Positions 31,141 through 41,772 are shown, counted from the stretch's first letter. The stretch: DNA of 64,000 nt from Thermoproteota archaeon (GCA_032249235.1 JAVVGF010000003.1:32001-96000), one strand, 5' to 3'. Numbers and translations are program-made. Notes: generated from the letters alone by a model not told the origin.

Positions 31141-32262
31141 TTAGAATCTGATTCTATTTCCATTAATATATATTTCAATAATTGAGCTACTATCGATTCT
31201 TTTTATAAAAGTCAATAACTTATTATAAGATTTATCCAATCCTATTCTTTCATTAGAGACAATCAAAAAGTCAGCAGGATATCCTTCTTTAATTATTCCC
31301 CCTTTCTTATTGAAGAGTTTGTATCCATTAATAGTTGCCCATTTAATCAATTGCTTAGTGTAATCTATTCTAGTTAAATTCCTTATTCTAATCATCAAAG
31401 TTTCAATCTCTCTCCAAATGTATGGTGAAACCCAACCTATATTATCGGTACCTATGGCAACATCGGCTTCTTCTTTAAGTAAACTTATGACATCAGGAAA
31501 ACCTACATTGAACCAAAGATTCGATCTAGGACAGATGATAATGAATTTTTTTAATTCCTTAATCTTCCTTATTTCATCAAGATTCAGGTGCGTACAATGT
31601 ACGAATGCATCAGGATTTAAGTTATCTAAAGCTATCCAAAAGTCTTTGTTATCATGATTTCCTTTTGTTTCGCTTACATGTATATGTATGAATTTATCTT
31701 TGAATATTTCTCTCATCAATCTCATTTCATCCTCGTTATATGCGAAAGAATCTGGAATACCTAAGCCATCAGCATAATAATAAAGTTTCTTGAGTTCATC
31801 CTCTATATTTAATTTTGAAGGTCTTCCTAGTATTAAATATCTTTCATGAAACTTTTCAGTCGCTTCGCTAGCACCTTTAAATCCTCCTTCAACAAAATCT
31901 GCTATGATTGAATAACCTAGTCGAATGAGGTTTTTCACCCATTTAATTCTAGTTTCTTTAAGTAATGCTTTATCAATTTTCTCAAGCATTTTATGTTTTA
32001 GACCAGTGACAGGTTTTACCAGCTCTTCTAAAGTTAAATCATAACCAATATCCGAGAAACAGGAATCTCCTGTATGAACATGGGCATTAACAAAAGGAGG
32101 CGTTATTATTATAGAAGGAAAGTTACCTTCTTTTCCTCTTTCTATCTTTTTAATTATTCCGTCTTCAATAACCATTGATATGTTTTCGTGAAATTCAAAG
32201 TCATCAAGTAACGCAAACCTCGCTTTAATTTCTTTTTCATCTTTAGAATGCAAATTTTCCAT
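31141..32262 (-). CDS. Amidohydrolase/deaminase (COG0402-like)
   Basis: PFVNAHVHTGD, LEELVKP..GLKH, HIHVSE, VHCTH, CPRSN, IGTDN. Confidence 0.88.
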   Translation of the reverse strand: MENLHSKDEKEIKARFALLDDFEFHENISMVIEDGIIKKIERGKEGNFPSIIITPPFVNAHVHTGDSCFSDIGYDLTLEELVKPVTGLKHKMLEKIDKALLKETRIKWVKNLIRLGYSIIADFVEGGFKGASEATEKFHERYLILGRPSKLNIEDELKKLYYYADGLGIPDSFAYNEDEMRLMREIFKDKFIHIHVSETKGNHDNKDFWIALDNLNPDAFVHCTHLNLDEIRKIKELKKFIIICPRSNLWFNVGFPDVISLLKEEADVAIGTDNIGWVSPYIWREIETLMIRIRNLTRIDYTKQLIKWATINGYKLFNKKGGIIKEGYPADFLIVSNERIGLDKSYNKLLTFIKRIDSSSIIEIYINGNRIRF

Positions 32263-32283
32263 AAGTTTCTCAATAAATTTACT

Positions 32284-33540
32284 CTATCTCATTTCTCTTC
32301 TATATTTGAATCTTTCATCCTTTATGAGCTTAAAATATGAACCGAATCTTTCCTCGCTCCATACAATATTTTCTATTTGTTCTGAGCCTTTTTCTTCAGG
32401 ACTATTAAATATTTTGATGATCTTATAAGTAGTTGTTCTTTGTGCAGGAATCCTTTTCGCATCGAAAATTAACCTTCTTATCTCCATGGGTGACATGAAT
32501 TGACCATATTTAGCTCCAGCTGCAGAAGATATGCTTTCATTTATGAGAGTTCCTCCGAAATCGTTAGCTCCACAATTCAACAAAAATTGGGCAAATTTTT
32601 GTCCTTCTTTAACCCATGAAACCTGAATATTTCTTATGTAGTCATTTAAAACAAGTCTAGAAGTTGCATACAAAGCAACTATTTCTTCTCCCGACGGCCC
32701 CGGTTTAATTCCATTGATAAGCTTATATTTATACATCGGAGCTTCTTCATATATAAAGCTCAAAGGTACGAATTCAGTAAAACCTTTTGTCTCTCTCTGA
32801 ATTTCTCTGAGTATCAATAAATGCTTAGCTCGATGGATTTCTTTTTCGACATGCCCATACATTATTGTTGAAGTTGAAGGGATGCCTAATTTATGTGCAG
32901 TTTTAATTATTTTTATCCATTCTGATGCAGAAATCCTACCTGGCGATATAATTTGTCTTATTTCGTCATCTAAAATTTCAGCGGCTGTTCCTGGTATAGA
33001 ATCCAAGCCAGCTTCTTTCAGCACTTTCAAATATTCTTCATAAGAAAGTCTTGCAAGATTTGCTCCGTACCAAATTTCAATAGGAGAAAAAGCATGTATA
33101 TGTATTAGAGGAAGTTCCTTCTTTATAGCTCTGATTATTTTAGGATAGAATTCCCAATCCAGCTTTGGAGGTAATCCTCCTTGGATACATACTTCAGTAG
33201 CACCAAGTTCGTATGCTTCTTTCGCTCTTCTAACTATTTCTTCGATCGGTAAAAAGTAAGTTTCTTCACTTCTAAAATCTTTGCTAAATGCACAGAAACC
33301 GCAACTCATAATACAAACATTCGTAAAATTTATGTTTCTGTTTATTACATACGTAACGATATCTCCTACTGTTTCTCTTCTTAAAATATCAGCGGCCAAA
33401 CAAATTAAATATAATTCTATCCCCCTACATTTCAGGAGTTTTTCTACTTCTTCAAGATTGAGATCTTTATGCGATAGAGCTCTTTCTACAATACTTACAA
33501 TTTCAGGATCTGCGATTTTTTCAATTGATTCAAGCTTCAT
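32284..33540 (-). CDS. cofH: FO synthase subunit CofH (radical SAM)
   Basis: NRNINFTNVCIMSCGFCAF, EVCIQGG, PGTAAEILDD, FTEFVPL, NIQVSWVK, GANDFGGTL.NESIS. Confidence 0.9.
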   Translation of the reverse strand: MKLESIEKIADPEIVSIVERALSHKDLNLEEVEKLLKCRGIELYLICLAADILRRETVGDIVTYVINRNINFTNVCIMSCGFCAFSKDFRSEETYFLPIEEIVRRAKEAYELGATEVCIQGGLPPKLDWEFYPKIIRAIKKELPLIHIHAFSPIEIWYGANLARLSYEEYLKVLKEAGLDSIPGTAAEILDDEIRQIISPGRISASEWIKIIKTAHKLGIPSTSTIMYGHVEKEIHRAKHLLILREIQRETKGFTEFVPLSFIYEEAPMYKYKLINGIKPGPSGEEIVALYATSRLVLNDYIRNIQVSWVKEGQKFAQFLLNCGANDFGGTLINESISSAAGAKYGQFMSPMEIRRLIFDAKRIPAQRTTTYKIIKIFNSPEEKGSEQIENIVWSEERFGSYFKLIKDERFKYRREMR

Positions 33541-34703
33541 AGCGGCTTTTCCAACACATATCCTTTTTCATCTACTAATTTCGAAGCAATCTCTTTAACT
33601 TGTTCAGATAAGAAATCTTTTTTATTCAGATATTCGGGATACACTGGTAATCTTTGTTTTAGAATAAATCCTTCTTTTGCAAGCTCTCTTCTTATAAATT
33701 CGATGTGCGGCCAAGGTTTTTCAGGATTTACATAATCAATCGTTAAAGGTGAAATGCCACCCAAATCATTTATGCCTGCTCTAACGAGCTTCCTAACGTT
33801 CAAGTACAAATTCGGAGGAGCTTGAAGATTCATTTCTCCTAATATAATTCTAGTCAAAGCTAAAAATTTCAAGAAATAATGTTCAGAAGGAGGGGAGAAG
33901 TTTTCCATCATTGTTCCTTTTTTGGGCATGAAAGGTTGAATTATGACCTCTTGTATATGACCATATCTTTCGTGAATTTCTTTTATTGCAAATACAGATC
34001 TGATTGCTTCTTCCAATGTTTCTCCTATTCCTAGAAGTATACCTGTAGTGAAGGGAATTCTTAATTTACCAGCTTCTTCGATCACCTTGATTCTTAACTT
34101 TGGATTTTTGCTAGGTGCGAATTCATGAGGCATACCTTTTTGCATCAATCTTTCACTTATATTTTCCAACATAAGACCTAGACTTGCATTGTATCGTTTT
34201 AGTTTTTCCATTTCATATCCAGTTAAAAGCCCAGCGTTTGTATGTGGAAGTATTCCCAATTCTAATAATGTTTTTGAAACATCATAAAGCCATTCAATTG
34301 TGCTTGTTAGATTTTTATTTTTTAGAAAGACGATTGCTTCTTTATACTTTGCCTCAGGCCTCTCACCTGTTACCAATAATGCTTCGGTGCATCCTAATTC
34401 TATACCCTTTCTTGCAGTTTCAATAATTTCGTTTAGCTCTAGATAGCGACCACCTTCTTCTGGTTCTTTTTTGTATATACAATATAAGCAATGATCTTTA
34501 CAAAGCGTTGTAATGGGTATAAATACTTTCCTAGAATATGTGATGATATTTCCTTTATAAGTATCACGTATGGATGAAGCGATTTTAAAAATTTCTTCTT
34601 CATTTAATTCATGAAAAATTCTTACAGCTTTTTCGTAATCTATCGATTCACTAAGCTTTATTGCTTCTTCTGAATTCATTAACCAATAATTTCTAATAAG
34701 CAT
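33537..34703 (-). CDS. cofG: FO synthase subunit CofG (radical SAM)
   Basis: ITYSRKVFIPITTLCKDHCLYC, LPHTNAG, SLGLMLE, PFTTGILLGIGE, QAPPNL, DLGGISP.TIDYVNPEKPWP. Confidence 0.92.
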   Translation of the reverse strand: MLIRNYWLMNSEEAIKLSESIDYEKAVRIFHELNEEEIFKIASSIRDTYKGNIITYSRKVFIPITTLCKDHCLYCIYKKEPEEGGRYLELNEIIETARKGIELGCTEALLVTGERPEAKYKEAIVFLKNKNLTSTIEWLYDVSKTLLELGILPHTNAGLLTGYEMEKLKRYNASLGLMLENISERLMQKGMPHEFAPSKNPKLRIKVIEEAGKLRIPFTTGILLGIGETLEEAIRSVFAIKEIHERYGHIQEVIIQPFMPKKGTMMENFSPPSEHYFLKFLALTRIILGEMNLQAPPNLYLNVRKLVRAGINDLGGISPLTIDYVNPEKPWPHIEFIRRELAKEGFILKQRLPVYPEYLNKKDFLSEQVKEIASKLVDEKGYVLEKPL

Positions 34704-34864
34704 ATAAGTTGTTTCTTGTCTTCATGACAGTGATATATCTGGTCGAACTAGCTTGAGTTGCTGAATAATCTATAAGCGATCTCATCATAATTAATTAGCT
34801 GTTTTCTTATTTTCTAAAGTCTGATGTTAATCTAGTTTTTATTAAAGTCTAAAGTTTAGGAGAT

Positions 34865-35203
34865 ATGGAAGATAAGTTACATGAGATAGTAGCAAGCATA
34901 AAAAGAATTGCAAATTTAAATGGTAATTCCAATACTCGTGCATTAAGCTTTAACTGGAATAAGGAAGGAAAATGGGATGTATATATTTATGATTTCAAAG
35001 AAAAACAGATTCGCAAAATAACGTCTGGCAAAGATTCTTATCTAAATCCTAATTTCTCTCATAGCGGTAAAGAGATATTGTACTTAAAGGATAAAGAAGG
35101 AGATGAAAATTTTCAAGTAATTCTAAGAAATCTTAAAAGCGACGAGGAAATTCAATTGACTAATGACTTGCTTCGGTATCGCCTAAAAAGATTCGAGGTT
35201 TAA
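34865..35203 (+). pseudogene. Truncated N-terminal beta-propeller of an S9 peptidase/TolB-like protein
   Basis: WNKEGKWDVY, PNFSHSGKEILYLKDKEGDENFQ; ends abruptly. Confidence 0.55.
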
Positions 35204-35386
35204 TTAAAAACGAAATAGAGGGAAAAGGAAGAGGAAACTTAGTACATTGCCAACACATCAACAAATATCACTATATTGAAATAGAGCCAAATTATCTCTA
35301 TGCTTCACTTAAGAAAGCGAAAGAATATTCTTGATAAATTACCTACTAATGAATATCAAAAACTGCTACTTAAAAGAAGATGATTA

Positions 35387-36301
35387 TTATTTTTCAGCTA
35401 ACTTCTTCTCAATCTCTGATCTTAACTTAGATCTTAACCTTTTTGCATCTTCTCTAACTACAATTTCAATTTTTTCCTGTAGTCCTAGATACTCTGTCAA
35501 TTGAAGATTTTTTATTCCTATCCTCTCTTCTATTACATCTTTTAGTTCAAGATCTATTTCATATCCAATAAAATTTCTTCCAAGTCTTTTAGCAACTATG
35601 CATGTAGTACCTGTACCTAAGAAAGGCTCCAATACTGTTTCTCCATAATAACTATACAAAGTTATGATCCTCTCAACAAGCTCCTCTGGAAATGCTGCAG
35701 TATATTTACTCCATTTTTCACTTGGAAGAACGTTTTTTATATCCCAAACAGACAGATACCATTTTTCTTCTTGGAATTTTTTTAGATCGATCTTGCTTTT
35801 TTGTTTTATTTCATCAGGTAAGATGTTTTTCTCGAACTTTCCAGGTTTTTTAAATATGATTATATCTTCGTATATATTATCTGGAAAATAATACATAGGA
35901 TAAGGATGTTGAATAATGACACCGCTTCTTCTTGAGATCCTAATATATCCTTCAGGTTTTCTCCATATGATTCTTTCTTGATATTCGAATCCTATATCTT
36001 GCATTATTCTTGTTAAATCTGAAACAATAGGGTAAAGTTTTCCGTTTATTCTAACGTCTTGTGTTACAAAGCAAGCCATCCTACCATTTTGAAGAATCCT
36101 GAAAATTTCTTTACCTACTTTTTCAATTGTTCTAAGAAATTCCTCATAAGAATTATAAAGATTGGGAAAATCAAAAGGAGCATTGTAATAAGGCGGCGAC
36201 GTTACAACCAAATGAACAGTTCCACTATTTATTTCTTTCATGTTTTCTGAATTTCCGAAAATTATTTTAACAAACATGCACGTTTCTATAATACATTTCA
36301 A
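35387..36301 (-). CDS. Site-specific DNA methyltransferase (N4-C/N6-A, beta class)
   Basis: VHLVVTSPPY, SVWDI, AAFPEELVERII, VLEPFLGTGTT, FIGYEI. The true start is probably the Met of MFVKIIFG. Confidence 0.9.
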   Translation of the reverse strand: MKCIIETCMFVKIIFGNSENMKEINSGTVHLVVTSPPYYNAPFDFPNLYNSYEEFLRTIEKVGKEIFRILQNGRMACFVTQDVRINGKLYPIVSDLTRIMQDIGFEYQERIIWRKPEGYIRISRRSGVIIQHPYPMYYFPDNIYEDIIIFKKPGKFEKNILPDEIKQKSKIDLKKFQEEKWYLSVWDIKNVLPSEKWSKYTAAFPEELVERIITLYSYYGETVLEPFLGTGTTCIVAKRLGRNFIGYEIDLELKDVIEERIGIKNLQLTEYLGLQEKIEIVVREDAKRLRSKLRSEIEKKLAEK

Positions 36302-36588
36302 TAAATTAACCTAAATTCCTAATTTATATCAGACTTTCCATTATCTGAATTATTAATCTTATTATTCAATGAGGACCTAGCCTTCCGCTTTTATTAGCCG
36401 TTATTCAAACAAAAATTTCTTAATGAAAATTAATTATAGATGCATTTTGTAAAATAAATCATATTTTCAGTTAAATCATGATCACGGAATACTTTGATTA
36501 TTCTGCAGGTTTTGTTATCTTATTTTGAGTTTTGAAATTCTACTCTTAAGTTTTTAAAAGAAGAAATGAATCTAGTAGATAAACATAG

Positions 36589-37710
36589 ATGAAGAGATAC
36601 ATAACGATTATTATCCTATTTGGTTTTGTGAGCATGCTTGCTGATACAACATATGAAGGGGCGAGATCTGTTATTCCACAATATCTCGGTTATCTTGGAG
36701 CTGATTTAGCTTTTGTTGGTTTTTTGGGAGGTATTGGAGAATTTTCGAGCTATCTTCTAAGATTTGCTTCAGGCATGATAGCATCTAGATATGGGCTTCT
36801 ATGGGGTTTAACTATTACAGGCTATGCTTTAACTGGTTTCTCAATAGCCTTGTTATCCATAGCAACGAGCTGGCTTTCTGCATCGATATTAACGATAACA
36901 GAAAGAATAGCGAAAGGTCTTAGAACACCTCCTAGAGATGCTCTTTTAAGCAAGATAGCTCAACAAGGAAGAAGTGGTAGAGCGTTTGGGATTCATGGAG
37001 CTTTAGATCAAATAGGAGCAATCATAGGACCTTCGATAGCTGCTTATATTTTGTATATGCATAATTTTTCGCCTATACTTTTTATGACACTCTCAACTTT
37101 TGCCTTCATTTCAGTAATCATTCTCTTATATACAAGAGCGATATATCCTAAAGATATTGAAACTACACCCAGAAAAATTTCGCTAGGTATTCTTCGAGGG
37201 CCTCTTACTAGGTATGTAATCTCTGTTTCAATGCCAGCTATTGGTCTTGTTTCTATATTCATAGCAATATATTGGATTGGTAGAGAAGATCCTGTGTTAG
37301 GAACAATATATTTCATTGTTATTCAATTTATACAAATACTAGGTTCTTTAGCACTTGGAGAGCTTTATGATAAAATAGGTATGAAGGCTATTTACGTTTA
37401 TTATTTAATTGCACCGCTCATAACTTTGGGTTTTCTTATAAATCAACTATTTTTCTTGTTAATAGGAATTGTTCTAGCTTTAGAGGAAAGCATACAGAGA
37501 GCTATCGTTGGAGATATTGCTAAAGATAAAGAAGCTATCGCATATGGATATTATCACTTAGTTTATGGCTTAGCATCTGCAGCTGGAGGATATATAGTTG
37601 GTTATTTGGCTCAAAATGGTTTAATAATACAGCTTGCCATACTATCAAGCATAACATCATTAGTGGGAGCTCTATTATTCTCTACGATGAGAAGATATAG
37701 AGCTAGCTAG
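36589..37710 (+). CDS. MFS transporter
   Basis: VSMLADTTYEGARSV, ERIAKGLRTPPRDALL, GRAFGIH..LDQIGA. Confidence 0.88.
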   Translation: MKRYITIIILFGFVSMLADTTYEGARSVIPQYLGYLGADLAFVGFLGGIGEFSSYLLRFASGMIASRYGLLWGLTITGYALTGFSIALLSIATSWLSASILTITERIAKGLRTPPRDALLSKIAQQGRSGRAFGIHGALDQIGAIIGPSIAAYILYMHNFSPILFMTLSTFAFISVIILLYTRAIYPKDIETTPRKISLGILRGPLTRYVISVSMPAIGLVSIFIAIYWIGREDPVLGTIYFIVIQFIQILGSLALGELYDKIGMKAIYVYYLIAPLITLGFLINQLFFLLIGIVLALEESIQRAIVGDIAKDKEAIAYGYYHLVYGLASAAGGYIVGYLAQNGLIIQLAILSSITSLVGALLFSTMRRYRAS

Positions 37711-38045
37711 GAATGCTTTATTTTGTTTATTTAATACTTTTTAACTTTGTATCTTTTAAATTTAATTCCAAATAATCATATTATATTAATTGTGAATTTT
37801 TATAAATTATTTATTATATAAAAGTTTTCAAAATTAAGTGTATATGATCATATTTAGCGTTTGATAATTCAAGACGTAAAGAGGAAACTCGTTTTATTAA
37901 CTGTCAATAATTGAATTTTGGAAAAATTGGTAAGAGACATGAATGAGCTGTCTGTTCACTAAGCATGAGCATCCAAGAAGAAATTATTCTAATAAAGTAA
38001 TTAAAGTTGTTATCATTTTAATAATAAAAAGATTAAATATAGTTG

Positions 38046-39768
38046 ATGGCGAAGGTTATTTCTCAAGGATATGTGAAGGATTTCATGCGAAGAAGTGTTT
38101 ATTATGTCGATTTCGATGCCACAGTCTATGAAGCTTCGAAAATTATGAAAGCACACGATGTTGGAAGTGTAATAGTTAAATTGAATGATAAACCTGTTGG
38201 TATAATAACAGAAAGAGATATACTTTTGAAAGTTGTTGGCGAAGGTAAAGATCCAAAAAAAAGTAAAAGTTGGAGAAATAATGTCATCACCGCTTATTAC
38301 TGTTAGAGCTGACGATACGATTGAAGAAGCTTTAAGGAAAATGAGTATTTATGGCTTTAGAAGGATGCCTGTCGTAGGTAAAAATGGAAAAATTATAGGA
38401 ATATTCGCACAAAGGTTCTTGATAAAACCTACAGAAGAAGAATTAGAAAAAAGAGCAAACATTCCTACAGAGGTTTCACCTGCTCTTCATGAATTTTACG
38501 GTGGTAAGATTGAAATTATACCCAAAGTCCAAATTTCTTCATATAGAGACTTTTCTATTTGGTATACTCCTGGTGTTGCTTCAATCGCTAAAGAAATTTC
38601 AAAAGATTTTTCTAAGTTATTTAAATATACGAATAAAGGAAATACAGTAGCCATCGTTTCTGATGGCTCGAGGACATTAGGTCTAGGAGATATAGGACCA
38701 TATTCTTCATTACCTGTTATGGAAGGAAAAGCTTTACTCTTCAAATATTTAGGCGGTGTTGATGCATTTCCAATAACTCTTAATACAAAGGATCCTGAAA
38801 AAATAGTTGAAATCGTAAAGTCAATTGAGCCAGCATTCGGCGGAATAAACTTGGAAGATATCGCTACTCCTAAATGCTTCGCTATTTATGAAAGATTATA
38901 TGAAGAGTTAGATATTCCTGTATGGCATGATGATCAGCATGGTACAGCATTAGTAGTTCTCGCTGCATTAATAAATGCTTTAAAAATTGTAGGAAAGAAG
39001 CATAATGAAATAACAATAACTTTGATAGGTGCTGGTGCTTCAAACTATAGAATAGCCAAAATATTAATAGCTTATGGAGTGAATCCAGCTAACATAATAG
39101 TCGTTGATTCCAAGGGAATTCTTAACAGGAATAGAATTGATTTAAAAGATGAGAATCCCTACAAATGGGAATTATGTAATATAACTAATGGGGAAAACAG
39201 AGAGGGTGGTATAGAAGAAGCTATGAAAGGAAGCGATGTTGTACTAGCTTTTTCTAAACCAGGTCCAGGCGTAATAAAGCCTGAATGGATAAAGCTGATG
39301 AATGATAATGCAATAGTCTTTGCATGTGCTAATCCTATACCTGAAATATGGCCTTGGGAAGCAAAAGAGGCAGGTGCAAGGATCGTAGCTACAGGTAGGA
39401 GCGATTTCCCTAATCAGGTGAACAATTCATTAGGATTTCCTGCAGTATTTAGAGGGGCATTGGAAGTATTAGCTAAAAAGATAACAACTGAGATGTTAAT
39501 AGCAGCAGCAGAAGAAATCGCAAAAATAGCTGAGGAATATGAAATAAACGAAGATTATATAATTCCTACGATGGAACAAGAGGAGGTTTATATTAGAGAA
39601 GCATTAGCCGTTGCTATTAAAGCTCAAGAAATTGGTGTAGCTAGATTAAAGTTATCAAAAGATGAACTCTTCTCAAGAATAAATGAAAAAATTAATAGAT
39701 CGAAAATGATTCTTGAGAAATTAATTAGTGAAGGAATTATAAAACGCTACACTGGAATTACTTATTAA
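38046..39768 (+). CDS. CBS-pair plus NAD(P)-dependent malic enzyme fusion, split by one extra base in an A8 run at 38255-38262
   Basis: CBS1 (VKDFM..VGSVIV..VGIITERD) in the first frame. CBS2 (KVGEIMSSPLITV) plus malic enzyme motifs (YTPGVA, PVMEGK, INLEDI, HDDQHGT, GAGA, ANPIPEI, ATGRSDFPNQVNN) in the second frame. Confidence 0.85.
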
Positions 39769-39824
39769 ATTTAAATACTTAATAAAGAATAAACAAACGA
39801 AATAATTTATATAATTTTTAAATT

Positions 39825-40438
39825 TTATCTTAAACTCCTTTGTTTTCCTATTTCAAGCAAATCGAAAATACCTGTTTCTGCAATTCTATTTATAAAATAA
39901 GTTGTCAAGATGCCTGCAATTATTGCACCGCTAATCGCATGAATAAGTATGTATATTAGATACCTGAATAGCCAGCATAGGCGAAAACACCACTGATTAA
40001 TTGAGGTAAGAATATCCATCCTGGTAATATTACTGCTAAGCCTGGAAGAAATCCTGCAAGCGCCATACTTAGGTAGTCATATTTCTTATATCCCCGCATT
40101 GCAAAAACAACTTCACTAGCAAGCCCTGCTATGAATCCATAAACCAATGTAGTGATAGCAAAGTATGAGCCAAATATCATTTCAATTAATCCTCCAAGAA
40201 ATTCGCCGCTAAATGCTGAACCTGGTTTTCTTATCAAATAACCTGCAGCAGTTCCTCCTAGAGCCCAAAAGCCATACATGAACGGCCAAAGCAATATCAT
40301 GATAGGATATGCAGGAATTAGACCTGTAAGAAATGGATACAAATAGTTGCTTGCAATTACGAAAATAACACCAGATAGAACAGCTATTCCTGCTAAAGCT
40401 ACAATATCTAAACTAGTGTATTTAAGCTTCATCTTCAT
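39825..40438 (-). CDS. ECF transporter S-component (YkoE-like, thiamine/HMP), frameshifted near 39959
   Basis: YGFW..G..AGYLIRKPGSAFSGE, GLASEVVFA..Y. The conserved tail ISGAIIAGIL..IAETG lies in the overlapping frame (39825-40019). Confidence 0.78.
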
Positions 40439-40472
40439 CGATGAATTTTAACTATAAGTGAGTAATTAAATA

Positions 40473-40493
40473 TTCTATAACCAGGTTATAGAA
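40473..40493. promoter_or_regulatory. 21-bp palindromic operator candidate
   Basis: TTCTATAACC-A-GGTTATAGAA (perfect 10-bp arms) in the divergent intergenic region. Confidence 0.65.
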
Positions 40494-40527
40494 GCAAGAA
40501 TTTATTTGGAATCAATTTTATGTAGTC

Positions 40528-41736
40528 ATGCAATATTACAAAAGATTCTTAGCAAAAAGAGCCAACTTAATTGAGCCTTCTCCCTTAGCCAAGATATTGA
40601 GCAAAATTGAAGAATATAGAAAAAAAGGTAAAAGGATAATATCATTAGCTGCTGGAGATCCTGATCCTAATGTAATACCTAGAGAAGAAATTTCAAAGAT
40701 AGCTCAAAAAATTTTAGTCAAAAATCCTGCCTCAGTGCTTTATACACCTACTGCAGGAATTGAAGAATTAAGGAAGCATCTCGCTGATTTCATTTCTAAA
40801 TATGATGGTTTCAAAGTAAAAGCTGAAGAGATTATCGTTACAAGCGGTTCAACGATGGCTATTGACTTATTTTCAAGGATAATACTAGATCCTGGAGATA
40901 TTGTAATTGTAGAAAATCCTTCTTACATCAATAGTATTTTGGCATTTAAGCAACATGGAGCAAAACTAATAGGTATCGATTTAGATGAAGACGGTCTTAG
41001 TACGCATAAACTAGAAGAAGAAATCAAAAATTTGGGTCAAGAAATTAAGAAAATCAAATTCATTTATATCATACCTACAGGACAAAATCCTGCAGGAATA
41101 ACGATGAGTCTAGAGAAAAGGAAACATTTGCTTGAAATAGCTTCAAAATATGAGATTCTAATTCTTGAAGACTTGGCTTATAATTACTTAATATTTGAAG
41201 GTAATCCTTTACCTCCTTTGAAATCAATGGATAAAGAAGGAAGAGTGATAGTTGCAGGAACTTTGAGCAAAATAATGGGCACAGGTTTTAGAATAGGTTG
41301 GTTAATAGCTGAGAAAGAAATAAGAGAACTTGTTTTAAACGAAAAGCAACCTATTGATTTCAATGCTCCTACGATATCTCAATACATTGCATTAGAATTT
41401 CTTAAAATGAACTTATTTGTTTCAGCAATAGAGAAATCAAGAACAGCTTATATGGAAAAAAGGAATGCTTTATTAAAAATTCTCAGTGAAGCATCTTTAA
41501 ACTTTAAATATACAAAGCCAATTGCTGGAATTTTCTTGATTCTCGATTTGATGAAAGTAAATGCTGAAGAATTCGCAAATAGATTATTAGAAGAAAAGCA
41601 TGTTGCGGTCATACCTGCGAAGCCATTCTTTGTTAAAGGGGGTGAAACAACGATAAGGATTAATTTCAGCAGGCCTTCAATTCAAGAAATTGAAGAAGGA
41701 GTTAAAGCAATAGTTTCTCTTTATCGCACATATTAA
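40528..41736 (+). CDS. PLP-dependent aminotransferase class I/II (LysN/ARO8-like)
   Basis: ISLAAGDPD, PTGQNPAG, EDLAY, GTLSKIMGTGFRIGW. Confidence 0.9.
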   Translation: MQYYKRFLAKRANLIEPSPLAKILSKIEEYRKKGKRIISLAAGDPDPNVIPREEISKIAQKILVKNPASVLYTPTAGIEELRKHLADFISKYDGFKVKAEEIIVTSGSTMAIDLFSRIILDPGDIVIVENPSYINSILAFKQHGAKLIGIDLDEDGLSTHKLEEEIKNLGQEIKKIKFIYIIPTGQNPAGITMSLEKRKHLLEIASKYEILILEDLAYNYLIFEGNPLPPLKSMDKEGRVIVAGTLSKIMGTGFRIGWLIAEKEIRELVLNEKQPIDFNAPTISQYIALEFLKMNLFVSAIEKSRTAYMEKRNALLKILSEASLNFKYTKPIAGIFLILDLMKVNAEEFANRLLEEKHVAVIPAKPFFVKGGETTIRINFSRPSIQEIEEGVKAIVSLYRTY

Positions 41737-41772
41737 GCATTAAACATAAAATTCGAGAATGTAAATTAGTTT

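Noticed and set aside
15631-34703. comA plus cofGH read as evidence of methanogenesis or alkane metabolism
   Set aside because: No mcr, mtr or other com genes are in the window, and both gene sets occur in non-methanogens.
34720-34830. Possible C/D-box sRNA upstream of cofG (atgatga on the minus strand)
   Set aside because: No properly spaced D, D' and C' boxes found.
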